Assembly (NCBI GenBank): GCA_038243445.1
Contig: JBBSRB010000001.1
Location: 9,949 to 73,948 of the forward strand
Reading direction: 5' to 3'
Length of the DNA stretch: 64,000 nt
Source: Chitinophagales bacterium
GTDB lineage: Bacteria; Bacteroidota; Bacteroidia; Chitinophagales; Chitinophagaceae
Under the pieces are notes generated by a model, which was given only the letters and a program-made list of their open reading frames with translations, was not told where the DNA came from and did no database searches. The translations under genes and the position numbers were made by a program. This document shows positions 59,327-64,000 of this stretch, in pieces; within the stretch, counting starts at the first letter, position 1; every line of letters begins with the position of its first letter.

Positions 59327-62300
59327 ATGCCTGCAACAACAACGAACCAAAGGGTCAACTTCGGAAAAATTGGAAACATTGCCGATACTCCGGATCTTTT
59401 GGCTGTTCAAATCCAGTCGTTTAAAGAGTTTTTTCAGTTAGAAACAACACCTGACAAACGCAATGTTGAAGGATTGTTCCGTGTGTTTAAAGAAAGCTTT
59501 CCCATCACGGATACCCGCAACATTTTTGTTTTGGAATTTTTAGATTATTTTATCGACCCGCCCCGTTACACCATCGACGAGTGTATGGAGCGTGGCTTAA
59601 CCTATGCAGTGCCGTTAAAAGCAAAACTGCGTTTAAGCTGTAACGATGAAGAACACATTGACTTTCAAACCATCGTTCAGGATGTATTCTTAGGAAATAT
59701 TCCGTATATGACGCCTCGCGGAACCTTTGTAATTAATGGTGCCGAGCGTGTGGTGGTTTCTCAGTTACACCGTTCTCCGGGTGTTTTCTTTGGTCAGTCG
59801 GTTCACCCCAACGGAACAAAAATATATTCAGCCCGCGTTATTCCATTTAAAGGGGCGTGGATGGAGTTTGCAACAGATATTAACAATATCATGTATGCAT
59901 ATATTGATCGTAAGAAAAAATTCCCCGTTACTACCTTGCTTCGTTCTATTGGTTACGAAACCGATAAAGACATTCTGGAGTTGTTTGGAATGGCAGATGA
60001 AGTGGCCGGCGATAAAAAAGCGCTGGGTAAATACATCGGTCGCCGTTTGGCTGCCCGCGTATTGCGCAGTTGGGTAGAAGATTTTGTGGATGAAGACACC
60101 GGTGAAGTTGTTTCTATCGAGCGAAACGAAGTAATCCTGGAGCGTGATTCTGTTTTAGATGAGGAAGCTATTGATACCATTTCTGAAATGGAAATTAAAA
60201 GCGTATTTGTACAAAAAGAAGACGTTGGTGGTGATTACGCTATTATTTACAACACCTTAAATAAAGATACCTCTAACTCAGAGTTAGAAGCGGTGCAGGT
60301 AATTTACCGGCAGTTGCGCGGTGCCGATGCGCCCGATAACGAAACTGCTCGTGGTATTATCGATAAGTTGTTTTTCTCCGACAAACGCTACGACCTTGGT
60401 GAAGTAGGACGTTATAAAATCAACCGCAAACTTGGACTTGATTTATCTGTTGAGCAAAAAACGCTTACCAAAGAAGATATTATTTTAATTATCAAATACT
60501 TAGTGCGCCTTACAAATGGTAAAGCAGAAGTGGATGATATTGATCACCTGAGCAACCGCCGTGTACGCACGGTAGGCGAGCAATTGTATGCTCAGTTTGG
60601 CGTTGGTTTGGCCCGTATGGCCCGCACTATTCGCGAGCGTATGAACGTTCGCGATAACGAGGTATTTACTCCCGTTGACCTGATTAATGCCCGTACGCTT
60701 TCTTCGGTTATCAATTCATTTTTTGGAACCTCGCAACTTTCGCAGTTTTTAGACCAGACCAATCCGTTGAGCGAAATCACGCACAAGCGTCGTATTTCCG
60801 CACTTGGGCCAGGTGGTTTAAGCCGCGAACGCGCTGGTTTTGAAGTACGCGACGTACACTATTCGCACTACGGCCGCTTATGTACTATTGAAACGCCTGA
60901 AGGTCCAAACATTGGATTGATTTCAACGCTTTGCGTACACGCAGCCATTAACGAAATGGGCTTTATAGAAACACCTTACCGTAAAGTAAACAACGGTAAA
61001 GTAGATATGAAGCAACTTACGTTTTTAAGTGCTGAAGAAGAAGATTTGGCGAAAATTGCCCAGGCTAACACGCCATTAGACGAGAAAAACAATTTCTCCG
61101 AAGAAAAAATTGTAAGTCGCGAAACAGGCGATTTCCCTATACTTGATAAAAACGAAGTAGAATATATGGATGTGGCGCCAAACCAAATTGTTGGTTTGAG
61201 TGCTTCGCTAATTCCGTTTTTGGAGCATGATGATGCCAACCGTGCCCTGATGGGTTCGAACATGCAACGTCAGGCGGTGCCGCTTCTTCGCCCCGATGTG
61301 CCTATTGTTGGTACTGGTTTAGAAGGTCGTGCAGCACGCGATGCGCGTATTCAAATTCATGCCGAAGGAAACGGCGTAGTGGAGTTTGTAGATGCAAACG
61401 AAATTCATGTTCGCTACAAGCGCAACGAAGAGCAGCGTTTGGTATCATTTGAAGACGATTTGATTATTTATAAATTAACCAAGTTTATAAAAACCAATCA
61501 GGAAACTTCTATCAATCTGAAACCGGCCGTTAAAAAAGGTCAGTCAGTTGCCGAAGGCGATTTCTTAACCGAAGGCTACGCCACACAAGGCGGCGAGCTT
61601 GCATTGGGTAAGAATTTGAAAGTAGCCTTTATGCCCTGGAAAGGATACAATTTTGAAGATGCCATTGTAATTTCTGAGCGGGTTGTAAAAGAAGATATGT
61701 TTACTTCAGTTCATATTTCCGAATACGAATTAGAAGTTCGCGATACAAAATTGGGAGAAGAAGAGTTAACGCCCGACATTCCAAACGTATCGGAAGAAGC
61801 AACTAAAGACCTCGATGAAAATGGTATTATTCGCATTGGTGCGCAAATAAAAGAAGGCGATATTTTAATTGGAAAAATTACGCCAAAAGGTGAAAGCGAT
61901 CCAACACCTGAAGAAAAATTACTACGCGCCATTTTTGGAGATAAAGCCGGCGATGCAAAAGATGCTTCCCTAAAAGCACCCAATGGTGTAGAAGGAATTG
62001 TTATTTCCAAAAAATTATTTCAGCGGGCTAAAAAAGATAAAAATTCAAAAGTGCGCGAAAAGGCGGCTATTGAAAAGCTCGAAAAAGTGCACGAAAAGGC
62101 TGTCTCCGATTTAATGGAAGTGCTGTTGGAAAAACTGCAAATCCTTTTAAAAGATCGTTCGTCAGCCGGTGTTAGCAACAACTTTGGTGAAATGCTGATT
62201 GGTAAAGGATCCAAGTTTACGCAAAAAAACTTATCCGGAATTGATTACATGAATGTTGATCCGCTGGGATGGACAGGAGACGCCAAGGTAGATCAGCAAA

Positions 62301-63133
62301 TAAACGTTTTACTGCACAACTACAGCATTAAGTACAACGAAGAATTAGGCCGTTACAAACGCGAAAAATTCAACATTTCTATTGGTGATGAATTGCCTGC
62401 AGGCGTTTTAAAGCTGGCTAAAGTTTATATAGCTGTAAAGCGTAAATTAAAAGTGGGCGATAAAATGGCCGGTCGCCACGGAAACAAAGGAATTGTAGCC
62501 AAAATTGTTCGCCAGGAAGATATGCCGTTTTTAGAAGACGGAACGCCGGTGGATATAGTATTAAATCCGCTGGGTGTACCAAGCCGTATGAATTTAGGGC
62601 AGATTTACGAAACTGTTTTAGGTTGGGCTGGCGAAAAATTAGGTTTACGTTTTGCAACGCCAATTTTTGATGGTGCATCGGTAGAAGATATTGCCGGTTA
62701 CATCAGCCAGGCAGATTTACCAACCTTTGGGCACACCTATTTGTTTGATGGCGAAACCGGCGAACGTTTTCACCAAAAAGCAACGGTAGGTATCATCTAC
62801 ATTATTAAGTTGCACCACATGGTAGATGATAAAATGCACGCAAGAAGCATTGGGCCATACAGCTTAATTACGCAGCAACCGTTAGGTGGTAAAGCACAGT
62901 TTGGTGGTCAGCGTTTTGGAGAAATGGAAGTATGGGCACTCGAAGCTTATGGCGCCGCTAACATTCTTCAGGAATTGCTCACCCTTAAATCGGATGATAT
63001 TATTGGACGCGCAAAAACCTACGAAGCCATTGTAAAAGGCGAAAACATTCCTCGTGCCGGTATCCCCGAATCGTTTAATGTACTGGTGCACGAGCTAAGA
63101 GGTTTAGGGTTAGATCTTAAGTTTCACGATTAA
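59327..63133 (+). CDS. rpoB: RNA polymerase beta subunit
   Basis: [54 protein letters not shown]. Confidence 0.99.
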   Translation: MPATTTNQRVNFGKIGNIADTPDLLAVQIQSFKEFFQLETTPDKRNVEGLFRVFKESFPITDTRNIFVLEFLDYFIDPPRYTIDECMERGLTYAVPLKAKLRLSCNDEEHIDFQTIVQDVFLGNIPYMTPRGTFVINGAERVVVSQLHRSPGVFFGQSVHPNGTKIYSARVIPFKGAWMEFATDINNIMYAYIDRKKKFPVTTLLRSIGYETDKDILELFGMADEVAGDKKALGKYIGRRLAARVLRSWVEDFVDEDTGEVVSIERNEVILERDSVLDEEAIDTISEMEIKSVFVQKEDVGGDYAIIYNTLNKDTSNSELEAVQVIYRQLRGADAPDNETARGIIDKLFFSDKRYDLGEVGRYKINRKLGLDLSVEQKTLTKEDIILIIKYLVRLTNGKAEVDDIDHLSNRRVRTVGEQLYAQFGVGLARMARTIRERMNVRDNEVFTPVDLINARTLSSVINSFFGTSQLSQFLDQTNPLSEITHKRRISALGPGGLSRERAGFEVRDVHYSHYGRLCTIETPEGPNIGLISTLCVHAAINEMGFIETPYRKVNNGKVDMKQLTFLSAEEEDLAKIAQANTPLDEKNNFSEEKIVSRETGDFPILDKNEVEYMDVAPNQIVGLSASLIPFLEHDDANRALMGSNMQRQAVPLLRPDVPIVGTGLEGRAARDARIQIHAEGNGVVEFVDANEIHVRYKRNEEQRLVSFEDDLIIYKLTKFIKTNQETSINLKPAVKKGQSVAEGDFLTEGYATQGGELALGKNLKVAFMPWKGYNFEDAIVISERVVKEDMFTSVHISEYELEVRDTKLGEEELTPDIPNVSEEATKDLDENGIIRIGAQIKEGDILIGKITPKGESDPTPEEKLLRAIFGDKAGDAKDASLKAPNGVEGIVISKKLFQRAKKDKNSKVREKAAIEKLEKVHEKAVSDLMEVLLEKLQILLKDRSSAGVSNNFGEMLIGKGSKFTQKNLSGIDYMNVDPLGWTGDAKVDQQINVLLHNYSIKYNEELGRYKREKFNISIGDELPAGVLKLAKVYIAVKRKLKVGDKMAGRHGNKGIVAKIVRQEDMPFLEDGTPVDIVLNPLGVPSRMNLGQIYETVLGWAGEKLGLRFATPIFDGASVEDIAGYISQADLPTFGHTYLFDGETGERFHQKATVGIIYIIKLHHMVDDKMHARSIGPYSLITQQPLGGKAQFGGQRFGEMEVWALEAYGAANILQELLTLKSDDIIGRAKTYEAIVKGENIPRAGIPESFNVLVHELRGLGLDLKFHD

Positions 63134-63249
63134 AAACCCGGTGCCTCCGGCGAGTACATCAAAGGAGAAACGCCTGGTTAGTAAAAACAGTTCTTTAAAA
63201 TAAAGTTGATGATTATGTGACCAGCAGAAGTAATACTATGTTGCTTCTG

Positions 63250-63436
63250 TTGCGTCGCACTCTTCAGCGTTCAGTTGGTAAATAAGCAGGTACAAACACA
63301 ACAAAAAGGCCCCCTTTATTGCATGTTTTAGCAGCACAGCTAAAACGCTTTAAAAAGGGTTGTTACAAAAAGTAATTGGCCCCTTTCAGGCATGTTTGCT
63401 GCGTTAAATTACCAACTGTACAAGAGTGCGACGCAA
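63250..63436. repeat. Inverted-repeat element in the rpoB-rpoC spacer
   Basis: TTGCGTCGCACTCTT (63250-64) and AAGAGTGCGACGCAA (63422-36) form a perfect 15-bp IR; inner CAGTTGGTAA/TTACCAACTG is a perfect 10-bp IR. Confidence 0.75.
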
Positions 63437-63507
63437 GGAACGTTGAATAAAGCGATGTTGCCTGGTTTATAAAAATTAAAAAATAAAAACAAAAAACCGC
63501 TACCTGA

Positions 63508-64000
<493 letters not shown>

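Larger units (their letters stand above)
8728..63360. repeat. Dispersed motif CCC-TTTTT-N6-TTTT (at least 22 exact copies)
   Basis: Plus-strand copies near 23668, 32554, 37198, 39268, 41258, 41448, 45817, 49303, 49397, 58594, 58890. Minus-strand copies near 8728, 9843, 19237, 22559, 27915, 28518, 32516, 33103, 37102, 58134, 63342. Confidence 0.8.

Noticed and set aside
60700-60930. Rifampicin-resistance substitutions in RpoB
   Set aside because: Cluster I reads [29 protein letters not shown]; the key Q, D, H and S positions are wild type.
8728-63360. Dispersed motif as KOPS/Chi or as the Bacteroidota promoter
   Set aside because: The 11:11 strand split argues against a replication-polarised signal. 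The sequence differs from TAnnTTTG and occurs between convergent genes and inside CDSs.

Overview
A 64-kb window from a Bacteroidota chromosome, most likely Chitinophagaceae. This is inferred from the short NuoG, the T9SS CHU_C/PorP pair, TAnnTTTG promoters and gene style. It is mostly housekeeping: the end of the complex I operon (nuoG'-H-I-J-K-L-M-N), exbB-exbD-exbD-tonB, mnmE, recG, a T9SS PKD/CHU_C protein with its PorP/SprF partner, hpt, a fadN-like gene, metG, two tandem S66 LD-carboxypeptidases, kup, purQ, an ECF sigma factor, uvrA, a ComEA-like protein, rpoB and the 5' end of rpoC. Features the ORF track does not show: (1) a decayed MNT-HEPN toxin-antitoxin pair between nuoH and nuoI; (2) a 1.75-kb integrative-element remnant at the mnmE 3' end, bounded by an 18-bp att direct repeat; (3) decayed CHU_C and LysM domain remnants; (4) REP-like palindromes, a ~190-bp inverted-repeat element between rpoB and rpoC, and a candidate small RNA. 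The most striking signal is a dispersed ~18-20 bp motif, CCC-TTTTT-N6-TTTT (often ACCCTTTTTnAAAGGTTTT). I counted at least 22 exact copies by eye, 11 per strand, in intergenic DNA and inside genes. Its layout and density resemble DNA uptake sequences or an unknown chromosome-wide protein-binding site. No tRNA, rRNA or CRISPR array was seen. All family assignments come from motif recognition, not database searches.
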